NCBI RefSeq assembly: GCF_964355755.1
Contig: NC_092673.1
Coordinates: 2,976,001-3,040,000, forward strand
Reading direction: 5' to 3'
From: Antedon mediterranea
Lineage: Eukaryota; Animalia; Echinodermata
DNA: 64,000 nucleotides
Numbering within the stretch: position 1 is the first letter of the stretch; every line of letters starts with the position of its first letter. The position numbers and the translations under genes are program-made. Positions 22,613 through 34,926 of the stretch are shown in pieces. The notes below the pieces were generated by a model. It worked only from the letters and a program-made list of their open reading frames with translations. It was not told where the DNA came from and ran no database searches.

Positions 22613-23436
22613 AACTAATTCACATAGTACAACTAGTGCGTTTATTTGACGTCTTCATGGTTAAGTTAACTGATTAATTCCCAACCAACAAGTTGAATCC
22701 CTAGGTCTATACATTCCAGCCGGGTTATTTTGTCACTTCTGGTGTGGATGTTGTGCGCAATTTGAACGATTTGCGCAATTTTAAATTAAGAATAAGGATT
22801 TGGGTAATGTGCAGCAATGCAAGTAATAAAACACTATTCTAATAAAAATTATAACGAATACAACGATCTATCAGCAAGGATGAGAAATTGGACGACAGTA
22901 GGTCAAAAATCCCGCCGCCTGGATAAGTTTTGAGCTAACACCGTTACCCGAGGTAGTGCGCGATGATCGGCCTGTGCAGAAAAGTGAATTACGACGGGAT
23001 TCACCTTTCCACGTTCCGTGTTACTTTTTTTTTTATTGCACAGCGCACTTTTTTGAAATTTTAAATTCCGCGAAACATTTATTATTCCGTTGATATTTTA
23101 TATTCTATGAGCAGAAATGAATCGGGTAAAATCTCACCAATTAAAAATGCATAAACGGCGTTCCATATAAGCTGTTTTTTGTTGTGCCGTTGTTTGGTTT
23201 TTCCTCCTGGCCCAGGTATATAAACTATACCAAACTGGCGAGTAAATCATGTTTTACTTTTTAAACCTCGCAACGTCTGGTTGAAAAGGCTACTCGGACC
23301 AATAATTTCTATTAGCCTAGGGGTTATTGCGATTTGGACGTTTCTGATTGGCTGTAGCCATGGACTATATTGATTAACACTGTTCTGATTGGTTGTAGCT
23401 TTGAATACATCTTCTCGGAACTCGTCCTTAATACAA

Positions 23437-24812
23437 TAGCAATTTAGCACAGTGTTTTACTATAATTAAATAGCAATTTAGGTAAATGTCTTTTGAAATG
23501 AAATTAAATAAATTATAACCAATTTGGTTAGAGTAAAACACAATGATAAAGAATAGGAAACATTTAATAATATGATAAATTACATTTACATAGCAATTTA
23601 GCACTGTGTTTTACTATAACCAATTTGGTTAGAGTAAAACACAATGATAAAGAATAAGAAACATTTAATAACATGATATATGACATTTAGCAATTTAGCA
23701 CTGTGTTTTACTATAACCAATTTGGTTAGAGTAAAGCACAATGATAAAGAATAGGAAACATTTAATAACATGATAAATGACATTCACATAGCAATTTAGC
23801 ACTGTGTTTTACTATAACCAATCAGATTAGAGTAAAACACAATGATAAAGAATAGGAAACATTTAATAATATGATATATAACATTTACATAGCAATTTAG
23901 CACTGTGTTTTACTATAACCAATTTGATTAGAGTAAAACACAACGATAAAGAATAGGAAACATTTAATAACATGATAAATTACATTTACATAGCAATTTA
24001 TCACTGTGTTTTACTATAACCAATTTGGTTAGAGTAAAACACAATGATAAAGAATAAGAAACATTTAATAACATGATAAATGACATTTACATAGCAATTT
24101 AGCACTGTGTTTTACTATAACCAATTTGGTTAGAGTAAAGCACAATGATAAAGAATAGGAAACATTTAATAACATGATAAATGACATTCACATAGCAATT
24201 TAGCACTGTGTTTTACTATAACCAATCAGATTAAAGTAAAACACAATGATAAAGAATAGGAAACATTTAATAATATGATATATAACATTTACATAGCAAT
24301 TTAGCACTGTGTTTTACTATAACCAATTTGATTAGAGTAAAACTCAACGATAAAGAATAGGAAACATTTAATAACATGATAAATTACATTTACATAGCAA
24401 TTTATCACTGTGTTTTACTATAACCAATTTGGTTAGAGTAAAACACAATGATAAAGAATAGGAAACATTTAATAATATGATAAATTACATTTACATAGCA
24501 ATTTATCACTGTGTTTTACTATAACCAATTTGGTTAGAGTAAAACACAATGATAAAGAATAGGAATTTAATAATATGATAATAACATTTACATAGCAATT
24601 TAGCACTGTGTTTTACTATAACCAATTTGGTTATGGTAAAGCACAATGATAAAGAATAGGAAACATTTAAAAATATGATAAATGACATTCACATAGCAAT
24701 TTAGCACTGTGTTTTACTATACCAATTTGATTAGAGTAAAACACAATGATAAAGAATATGAAACATTTAATAATATGATAAATTGCTAGCACTGTGTTTT
24801 ACTATACCAATT
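23437..24812 (+). repeat. 101-bp satellite array, left arm (~13 units)
   Basis: GCAATTTA recurs at 24094, 24195, 24296, 24397 and 24498 (period 101). Confidence 0.95.
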
Positions 24813-25193
24813 TAGTTTTGGATAAAGAATATGAATTTAAAGAATGGATATAATATGATATGATACAATATGATTTTCTCCCAATTAGTAAGACATTTTG
24901 GAATACTGCGTGCGTAGTGCACCTAACAAGATCATGTTCGCTATTTAAAACTCACATTTTAAAACCGTAAACGCATAAATTTGCGGACATACTCGTAAAA
25001 CACACTTCCAGAGATTTAATAATTTTAACAGTACTACAAAATCCATAATATAAAGTAGTATAGATTTGTACAAAAAGAGCAGAACAATTAAATTAACTGT
25101 CATTACATCTACTGAACTGTCTCATTACATCTACTGAAAAATTCATCGCGATGAATTTATTTATAATACACCAATCAGATCACACGCAATTAG

Positions 25194-26127
25194 TATGGAA
25201 TGCCAGTTTAGGCGATGATAAAATCGCGTCGATGATGCAATGAAAATTGCGTCGATGTGATGAAAATTGCGTCGATGAATATAGTATTGATGTAATGATG
25301 TGATGAACATTGCGTCGATGAAAATTGCGTCGATGTAATGAAAATTGCGTTAATGTGATGAAAATTGCGTCGATGAAAATTGCGTCGATGAAAACTGCAT
25401 CGATGAAAACTGCATCGATGAAAAAAAAAAAAATTTTCATCGATGCAGTTTTCATCGATGAAAATTGCGATCTCCCTGCCGGTATGATTTGAATATGATG
25501 TCATGGATGCTGGACATCTGGATTTTATGTACTGAACTGGTGGATTAACGGAAGCAATTAGCTAGAAGATATAATGTGTCCGAAAGGACAATAATGGATC
25601 CATTGCTAAAATGTGTTGACAATAAATCACTAAAATGTTAATCAGTGCATATATTTCAACATTGTTTTAGTGCGCGATCACTGTGCGCTTGTCTATAACG
25701 CGCGCTAGCGCAAGCGGTAAACATGTTTATCATATCAAAATATTCAGAAACCGTCAATTTTTAGCAACATAATAACATTATTAACATCATTATTAACATC
25801 ATCATTTACTTTACTAGTAGTAATTTTCATCATTGATTGAATTAAAACCATTTGGAATTTTCATAATCAATTAAATTCATCACATCAATTTTCATCGATG
25901 CAGTTTTCATCGACGCAATTTTCATCGATGCAGTTTTCATCGACGCAATTTTCATCGACGCAATTTTCATCGATGCAATTTTCATCGACGCAATGTAAAT
26001 TGCGTCGACGCAATCTACATTGCATCGACGCAATCTACATTGCGTCGATGCAATTTTCATCGACGCAATTTCATCATCGACGCAATTTTTATCATCGCCA
26101 AAAACTTGTGTAAAACGGCGTTCCATA
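25194..26127. mobile_element. Nested TIR element with 15-bp subterminal tandem repeats
   Basis: Ends TATGGAATGCCAGTTTA / TAAAACGGCGTTCCATA; (ATGAAAATTGCGTCG)n on the left (~25226-25470) and its reverse complement on the right (~25886-26095). Confidence 0.8.
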
Positions 26128-26744
26128 AGTGACGAATCGCATATTCGCCGTTTATTGTTGAGGCGCGTAAACAGTGTGCGCAATGCACGTTTTCTTCCCA
26201 TGACGAGACGAATCGATATTCGACTCTTCGTGTGACGAATAATCGCCAAATTATAATTAATATAATTAATTAATGAAATAAGATACGCAGTTGATGTTTG
26301 CATCAATTGTTCTTTAGAATAAATACTTTCGAAATACAAAACAAAAAATGTGTGGTGAGTGACGATATGTTCAATCATGGACCTATAAATTACTAATTTA
26401 TAGGTCCATGATTCAATATCTGTAGCTTCAATTCAAACATAATGTAACAGAAAATTCGAAGCGTAAAAAACGTTCGTTTACACAACACTTTTTTTTATAC
26501 TTTATTATTGATTATTATATTATACAGGAATACTATTTATTTCCTCATTTCTACCCAAGAATAAACAATTTTTGGATACAAAACTTTATGTGAATTACAT
26601 TACCAAAATATTAAAATGAGGATAAAAAAACATCGCGTAAAATACTCGTACTCAAAAGCTTCTGAAATTTGTAGATATATGTCATGAAAAAGAAATTTGA
26701 CATTCCCAATAATTTTTTTTGGCAAAAATGTAATATATGAAACA

Positions 26745-28575
26745 TACAATTTACATAGTTTATCATTGTTTTTTATTAGAACCAATATGGTTACACAGTT
26801 AAACATAGTGATAAAGAATAGATACTTGTTAGGTTACTACCCTACCCTCTAGTTTGAAGCGACATTATAAATTCATCGAGAAAAAAAACGTATCGTATTC
26901 AGAAACGTTTGACATTTTGTATAGATATGTTCAATAAGACAAAACAAATTATAAATTTCAAGACAAATCGATGATTTCCATTATTTGCATTTCAAAAAAT
27001 TCACACTTATGAAAGACCATACATTTTCAACATTTCCTTTTTTCTGTGTACCGAGTTTAGAAACTTTTTGAATACCAGACGTATTTTTTTGTGATGCTTT
27101 TTCATTTGAATTGTAGTATAAAATGTCATTGAAACGAGATAAAAATCATACAAGACATGTTATAATAGGTTGCTCTATATACATAACAAAATTAGTTCTT
27201 TTTTTTGGTAAGAATCGCCAATGAAGTAGAAAGTTATTTCAGATGTAGTGTGCATTTATACGTCATTAATAGTAGGCCTAAAATATAATATTAAATATTA
27301 TAAAGAATATCAAACATTTTATGTTATGAAAAATAAAATTGACATATAAGTACGTTTATCATTGTGTTTTACTATAACCATTTTGGTTAAAAGTTAAACA
27401 CAGTGAGTGATAAAGAATAGAACTGTTTTAGTTTATTTAACCCTAACCCTAGTTTGAAGCGATCACATATTTAATATTCATCGCTAAAAATACGTATCGT
27501 CTTGAAAAACGTTTGATATTTGGTAGATATGTTCAATTTAGGTTCTTACATCTATAATGCAAAAGAAATATCCTAATAGTTTTATTTTGATTTCTGGGAA
27601 TCATCAATGAAGTAAAAATGTGTTGGAAATGTATTGTCTTTCATAAGTGTAAATGTTTAGAAATGCAAATTATTAAAATCACGAATTTGTCTTGAAACTT
27701 TTATTTTTGTTTTGTTTTATAGACGTAAGAACCTATTGAACATATTTACCAAATTTCAAATGTTTCTGAATACGATACGTATTTTTTCGCGATGAATTAA
27801 GTATGTGATCGCTTCAAACTAGGGTTAGAGTTATATAACCTAAAACAGTGTCTATTCTTTATCACTGTGTTTAACTGTGTAACCAAATTGGTTCTGTAAA
27901 ACAAGATGATAAACTATGTAACTTGTATTTATTATTATTACATTATATGTATCCTATAATGTAATATGAAAAATAAAATGTACATAGTTTATCATTGTGT
28001 TGTACTAAAACCAATTTGGTTAAAAGTTAAACACAGTGTTAAAGAATGAACTGTTAGGTTATTTAACCCTAACCCTAGTTTGAAGCGATCACATACTTAA
28101 TTCATCGATAAAAATACGTATCGTCTTAAAAAACGTTTGAAATTTGGTACATGTTCAATATAGGTTCTTACATCTATAATGTAAAAGAAATATCATAATT
28201 TGTTTTATTTTGATTTCTGGGAATCATCAATGAAGTAAAAATGTGTTGGAAAATGTATGGTATTTCATAAGTGTACATTTTTAGAAATGCAAATTATTAA
28301 AATCACGATTTTTTTGTGAAATTTATATTTTTTGTTTGTTTTATAGACGTAAGAACCTATTAAACATATCTAACAAATTTCAAAAGTTTCTAAATACGAT
28401 ACGTACTTTTTCGCGATGAATTTATTATGTCGCTTCAAACTAGGGTTAGGGTTATATAACCTAAAACAGTATCTATTCTTTATCACTGTGTTTAACTGTG
28501 TCACCAAATTGGTTCTGTAAAACAAGATGATAAACTATGTAACTTGTATTTATTATATTATTACATTATATGTAT
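26745..28575. repeat. Tandem ~620-bp hairpin-forming units (27340-27950, 27975-28575) plus a partial unit (26745-27035)
   Basis: Each unit begins ...TAACCCTAACCCTAGTTTGAAGCGATCACATA... and ends with the reverse complement ...CGCTTCAAACTAGGGTTAG...; the unit ends are related to the 101-bp satellite. Confidence 0.85.
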
Positions 28576-28659
28576 CCTATTCTTTTCATAACGTTTAGAT
28601 AATAAGATATGTTTAATATAATATTTTGCTATGTAAATAATATCATATAATAAATGTTT

Positions 28660-30945
28660 CATTATCATTGTGTTTTACTGTAACCAAATTGGCTATAGTA
28701 AAACACAATACTAAATTTGTATGTAAATGTATCATATTATTATATGTTTCCTATTCTTAATTTGTGTTTTACTGTATCCAGCACAGTGCTAAATATCATT
28801 TATCATAGTTAAAATGTTTTACTCTAACCAAATTGGTTATAGTAAAACACAGTGATAAATTACTATGTAAATGTCATTTATCATATTATTAAATGTTTCA
28901 TATTCTTTATCATTGTGCTTTACTCTAATCAAATTGGTTATAGTAAAACACAGTGCTAAATTTCTATGTGAATGTCATTTATCATGTTATTAAATGTTTC
29001 CTATTCTTTATCATTGTGTTTTACTCTAACCAAATTGGTTATAGTAAAACACAGTGCTAAATTGCTATGTAATGACATTTATCATATTATCAAATGTTTC
29101 CTATTTCTATATCATTGTGCTTTACCATAACCAAATTGGTTATAGTAAAACATTGTGCTAAATTGCTAGCTATGTAAATAATCATTATTATTAAATGTTT
29201 CCTATTCTTTGTCATTGTGTTTTACTCTAACCAAATTGGTTATAGTAAAACACAGTGCTAAATTGCTATGTAATGACATTTATCATATTATTAAATGTTT
29301 CCTATTCTATATCATTGTGCTTTACCATAACCAAATTGGTTATAGTAAAACATGGTGCTAAATTGCTATGTAAATAATCATTATTATTAAATGTTTCCTA
29401 TTCTATATCATTGTGCTTTACCATAACCAAATTGGTTATAGTAAAACACAGTGATAAATTGCTATGTAAATGTCATTTATCATATTATTAAATGTTTCCT
29501 ATTCTTTATCATTATGTTTTACTTTAACCAAATTGGTTATAGTAAAACACAGTGCTAAATTGCTATGTAAATGTCATTTATCATATTATTAAATGTTTCC
29601 TATTCTATATCATTGTGCTTTACCATAACCAAATTGGTTATAGTAAAACACAGTGATAAATTGCTATGTAAATGTCATTTATCATATTATTAAATGTTTC
29701 CTATTCTATATCATTGTGTTTTACTATAACCAAATTGGTTATAGTAAAACACAGTGCTAAATTGCTATGTAAATAATCATTATTATTAAATATTTCCTAT
29801 TCTTTATCATTGTGTTTTACTCTAACCAAATTGGTTATAGTAAAACACAGTGCTAAATTGCTATGTAAATGTCATATATCATATTATTAAATTCCTATTC
29901 TTTATCATTCTGCTTTACTTTAACCAAATTGGTTATAGTAAAACACAGTGCTAAATTGCTATGTAAATGTCATTTATCATATTATTAAGTGTTTCCTATT
30001 CTTTATCATTGTGTTTTACTTTAACCAAATTGGTTATAGTAAAACACAGTGCTAAATTGCTATGTAAATGTCATTTATCAAATTATTAAATGTTTCCTAT
30101 TCTATATCATTGTGTTTTACTCTAACCAAATTGGTTATAGTAAAACACAGTGCTAAATTGCTATGTGAATGTCATATATCATATTATTAAATGTTTCCTA
30201 TTCTTTATCATTGTGTTTTACTATAACCAAATTGGTTATATTAAAACACAGTGCTAAATTGCTATGTAAATAATCATTATTATTAAATGTTTCCTATTCT
30301 TTATCATTGTGTTTTACTCTAACCAAATTGGTTATAGTAAAACACAGTGATAAATTGCTATGTAAATGTCATTTATCATATTATTAAATGTTTCCTATTC
30401 TATATCATTGTGTTTTACTATAACCAAATTGGTTATAGTAAAACACAGTGCTAAATTGCTATGTAAATAATCATTATTATTAAATATTTCCTATTCTTTA
30501 TCATTGTGTTTTACTCTAACCAAATTGGTTATAGTAAAACACAGTGCTAAATTGCTATGTAAATGTCATATATCATATTATTAAATTCCTATTCTTTATC
30601 ATTCTGCTTTACTTTAACCAAATTGGTTATAGTAAAACACAGTGCTAAATTGCTATGTAAATGTCATTTATCATATTATTAAATATTTCCTATTCTTTAT
30701 CATTGTGTTTTACTCTAACCAAATTGGTTATAGTAAAACACAGTGCTAAATTGCTATGTAAATGTCATATATCATATTATTAAATTCCTATTCTTTATCA
30801 TTCTGCTTTACTTTAACCAAATTGGTTATAGTAAAACACAGTGCTAAATTGCTATGTAAATGACATTTATCATATTATTAAATGTTTCCTATTCTTTATC
30901 ATTGTGTTTTACTCTAACCAAATTGGTTATTGTAAAACACAGTAT
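28660..30945 (-). repeat. 101-bp satellite array, right arm (~22-23 units), inverted relative to the left arm
   Basis: Unit CATTGTGTTTTACTCTAACCAAATTGGTTATAGTAAAACACAGTGCTAAATTGCTATGTAAATG... is the reverse complement of the left unit. Confidence 0.95.
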
Positions 30946-30989
30946 ATTTTACCTCAACAACATCGCCGCAAAATTGTTTATACGTTTAT

Positions 30990-31110
30990 TTTGATTGGCT
31001 AACTAAAGTACGGTCTAATGAATATTGATATCAGAAGATTCCCTAGCTTAGTGAAAAAGTTTTATTACCAAAAATATGCTGATTACGTCACTACCGGAAG
31101 TTGTAGTCTA
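30990..31110 (+). promoter_or_regulatory. Candidate NRBF2 promoter motifs (CCAAT, ATF/CRE-like, ETS)
   Basis: TGATTGG near 30992, TTACGTCA at 31083-31090 and CCGGAAGT at 31094-31101, ~250 bp upstream of the ATG. Confidence 0.5.
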
Positions 31111-31349
31111 GCATGATGCAGACGCAATTGATTATGTACGTTTGTTAAACATATAAAAAGCTGTAAATTACCACAAAACGACAATAGGAAAGAATTCAAA
31201 GAAATGCCCTACGTGTTCAAAATCATTGTTTTAATATAGTCTGTATGTATAACTAACAATTGACCTTGTGGAAGAGCGTATAAATTTAATTTAAAGTAAA
31301 ACATGATTTACTCGCCAATTTGGTATTGGATATATAGCTCCCTGGCCTG

Positions 31350-33563
31350 ATGGACACCGAAAGAAAACAGCTGTCTATGTCCAAATCTGATTCAATTAAA
31401 ACTTACAGTTTGTGTTTAGATTCTCAATTTCTGGGTTCGTCGCTTAATAAGGTAACCAGACGTAGGCCTATACTAGGCCTATTAGTATTATGATAATCAT
31501 CTATCTAGCTAGCTAGGCCGGCCCACAGTGCCACACGACGGCTGGCAGTAGGTAGGGAGAGGCAATACCTACTCCAGCTAGGAGGAGAGTAGGTATCGCC
31601 TGTTCTAGTCTTAGCAGCTAGGCCTAGAGTAGTAGGCATAGGCCTCTAGCCTACTTCTAGTAGACCTGGCTAAGCTGGCCTAGAGTGTAAAGCATAGTAA
31701 GACCGGTACTGCAGGGAAAGCCTAGTACTAGTAGCTAGTAGTAGCTGTTCCTGTAGAGCGATGATGTTATGCGCGATTTGAACGATTTGCGCAATTTGAA
31801 ATTGCGCAAAAAAATCCTTGCGCAATTTGAAATTGCGCAAAGAATTCTTGCGCAATTTAAAATTGCGCAAGGATTTTTTTGCGCAATTTCAAATTGCGCA
31901 ATCAACTTGCGCAATTTCAAATTGCGCAAGAAAATCTTTGCGCAATTTTAAATTGCGCTGCACAATTTGTAAATTGCGCAAGATAGTTCTTGCGCAATAT
32001 GACACCTTTGCGCAATTTGAAAACGAACTGTAAATTTTCCCATAGGATGGCTAGGCTAGGCCTAGGCAGAGGAGTTTAAAATTTAGTATTTTATTATATA
32101 AATAAGACCATTTCAATGAAGATAATGTTTAATACTCACTTTTTAAGTTTTTAATATTAGTTTAAGCTAGGCCATGTAACCTAGTCAGTATCCGTAGTCC
32201 AGACCCTAGCTAGGCTAGAGTAGTATAGCCGGCCGCCCGCGCCGCGCCCGCCTGGTGGAACACCACCGCTTCGTTTTTCCTTCGTCGGTTCTTCGACGGT
32301 ATGCTAACTTATAACAATATTTGCACTACTAAAATAAGGAAATGCGATATTTATCTTTAATTTTGAATCATAGAAATTACTATAAAAATATGGGTGTGCA
32401 TGATTTCACAATCTGTCGAAAAACCTTGCGCAATTTGCAGATTACTTGCGCAATTTGCAGATTACTTGCGCAATTTAATACGTTGCTTGCGCAATTTGAA
32501 ACACATGTTTCAATTCAAATTGCGCAAGGATTTTTTTTGCGCAATTTCAAATTGCGCAAATCGTTCAAATCGCGCATAACAATTACACTTATTTATGCTT
32601 TACGCATAATAAAATAATGTTTAACCATTTGCTTCTGTACAGGCCAATCAGCAGGAAAGAAGATCTGAAAAATTTCTTCTGGCAAGACAATACGAAGAAG
32701 CTATCAATTGTCACCAAAAAGCAGCTGGTAAGTACAAATCAACACATTGTTATTTTTATTACACATTATCTCATATTTATATTAATAAACTTAAATTACC
32801 TAAATAGTCAATTAATAATCAAAATATTATCTTTACAGAATACCTTCTTGAAGCTTTGGAAACAACTAGAAATGTGGACACGGTTCAATTACTCAAGCTG
32901 AAATATGATCATCATAAAAAACAGCCTGCACGTTTGGAGGAGATGCAACGAAGGGAGAAGCAAAGAAAACAACTGCTAATTGAAATGAGTGAAAAAGATG
33001 ACAGAGAAGACATTAATGAAAACAATGTAGAAATAACTACAGCAGTTGATAAAAGTAAACAACACGAGTTAAGTCATGTAGAAACAAACGACCGGTACGA
33101 CTCCATGGAGAATGCGGATTCATTACTCCACATCATCAAAGAAAACACGAACGAAGAGAACGGAAATGTAACGTTCAGAATATCTAACCTTTTCAACTAT
33201 TTCAAAGCCAATCCATTGACGTCAAATCAAACCCCGAGTGAATTATTATCGACCAAGCGATCACATTTTGAAAAAGATAAAATCATACATGAACTAAACG
33301 TAACAATTATGACGTTAGTGAAAAACCTATACAGCTGTGAAGAGGAAAATAAATTCCTTCAAGAAAAAATCTCTAGTCTTCAAAATGAACTAGAAGCGAG
33401 TAGAGATGGACATAATGAATCAACCTCTCTACCTGGTACCCTCTCAACGCTTTTTTCTACAGACATGGTTGATGGTAATGATGCAACCCTTGATGATCAT
33501 TTTCAGCTCAATTCTCTCCAACCACTTCCAGAAATAGATTTACCACCAATGCCAGAAATGTAA
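31350..33563 (+). CDS. NRBF2: Nuclear receptor-binding factor 2 (Atg38-like, MIT domain plus coiled coil)
   Basis: Exons 31350 (or 31377)-31451, 32643-32727, 32839-33563. SLNK|ANQQERRSEKFLLARQYEEAINCHQKAAEYLLEA matches the NRBF2 MIT domain; later DSLL, KDKIIHEL coiled coil and LPEIDLPP C-terminus. The start codon is uncertain. Confidence 0.88.
31765..32581. mobile_element. Non-autonomous Ginger-like DNA transposon, copy 2 (NRBF2 intron 1)
   Basis: Same TGTTA...TAACA TIRs; flanks ATGA/ATTA. Confidence 0.85.
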
Positions 33564-34775
33564 ATTACTATACCAAAGTATAATAAGATCTTTAAATCTC
33601 GTAGACATAATAAGTTTTCAATTTGCAACAACCTTTCTAGGACCTATGCATACCTTGATCGAATCCGTCAATTGAGGTACCACAGCTCAAATAATTAACA
33701 TTGACTAGCCAGGGGGCCATAGCCACTAGTACGGTTGGTAAGGTCCCAACCTGACCACTTTTTTACATCCCAGTGGCTTGAACACAGGAATTGTTTCCTT
33801 TTCTTGCGAAAACCGGACCACTTTATTTCTTGTAGTTATAATCACTGCTAGCTCATAGCAAAAGATTTCATTTAAGCGTAATAATAATAATAATAATGTC
33901 ACTGTCAGAATATATTTAAGATAGACATAAAGACATGTATTTCATTACTTAAACTATATATATATATGCTATTACTGTACAATCACTTTTCAATTAGTTT
34001 TTATTTCACCATGGCATTTTAAAGGGTACTATAAACGGAAGTGTAAACATTTCATCTTGTTCTGTGTAAATCATACAATATTTTAATTTCTTTCATCAAT
34101 TTACTTCATCTATTTATGTACGAAAGTTGAATCGTACATTTAAGCCACATTGAATGTTACAACCTGGTATTTGCTAGCATACCTTATTATGACAACATAG
34201 CAGTATACCCACTACATACCTAGACAACCCTACGAACAAAAAGTGTTATTTTATTCAGGTGGCGTTGAATTTATTTCAAATAACCTCAGAATACATTCCT
34301 GAATTTCTCATTTTAATTTCATTATCATTTTAATGTTTACAATGTCATAATATTCAAGAAAAAATTCAGAGACTTATAAATAATATCATTTCCTATAAAT
34401 ATGTCAATCTTTATACTTCTTTACAATATTTACAAATGTGTCTGGTATAGATTTGTGATTCAATTACAGTTAGTATAAGTATGTAGAAATTCATTTATTA
34501 TAGTTTAATATGAAGTGTCATTTCTAATAGTTTATCTGGTTTTAACATGCATAACACTAAAAGAAATGTTATCAGATTATCAGATCGATGGGCTTATTAA
34601 TGCTGCACACATCCATCACTAAGCTTAAACACTATATGGTGGTGCGCAACTTGACCCAACAGTGTAGGATCAAGCTTTCCATAAGTTGACCTTGACATCC
34701 AGATAGTCACAGCAAGGTACGGAAAACGTCAAAATACTATAAGCAGTATGGGTAATTGTACCAGACACAAGCTTA

Positions 34776-34913
34776 AGCTCTGTCTACACTATAAAACTTT
34801 ATGTGACAAAAAAATGTGATGTGCCCATATATGGACATGATATCATATCACTACCATATTTGGGCACATCACACCTTTTTTTGTCAAACTAGTTTGATAG
34901 TGTAGATAGAGCT
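34776..34913. mobile_element. MITE family A immediately after the RMND5 stop
   Basis: Family A TIRs; ends 13 bp from the TGA at 34927. Confidence 0.85.
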
Positions 34914-34926
34914 GTACAGGAACTCA

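Larger units (their letters stand above)
23209..31347. mobile_element. Large non-coding foldback-type element (~8.1 kb)
   Basis: Terminal inverted repeats (23227-23260 vs 31293-31326, 33/34 match, extending out to GGCC ends), oppositely oriented 101-bp satellite arrays and internal hairpins; no transposase ORF. Confidence 0.75.

Noticed and set aside
25180-26378. ORFs of up to 178 aa with ASMKI repeats as a possible transposase
   Set aside because: They are translations of 15-bp tandem repeats and show no DDE or other domain motifs.
27437-28452. TAACCC/GGGTTA motifs as an interstitial telomere or fusion site
   Set aside because: Only about two units per site, embedded in the hairpin repeat; not a telomeric array.
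23437-30945. Regularly spaced hairpin repeats resembling a CRISPR array
   Set aside because: The intervening sequences are also repeated (no unique spacers), there are no cas genes and the context is eukaryotic; this is satellite DNA.
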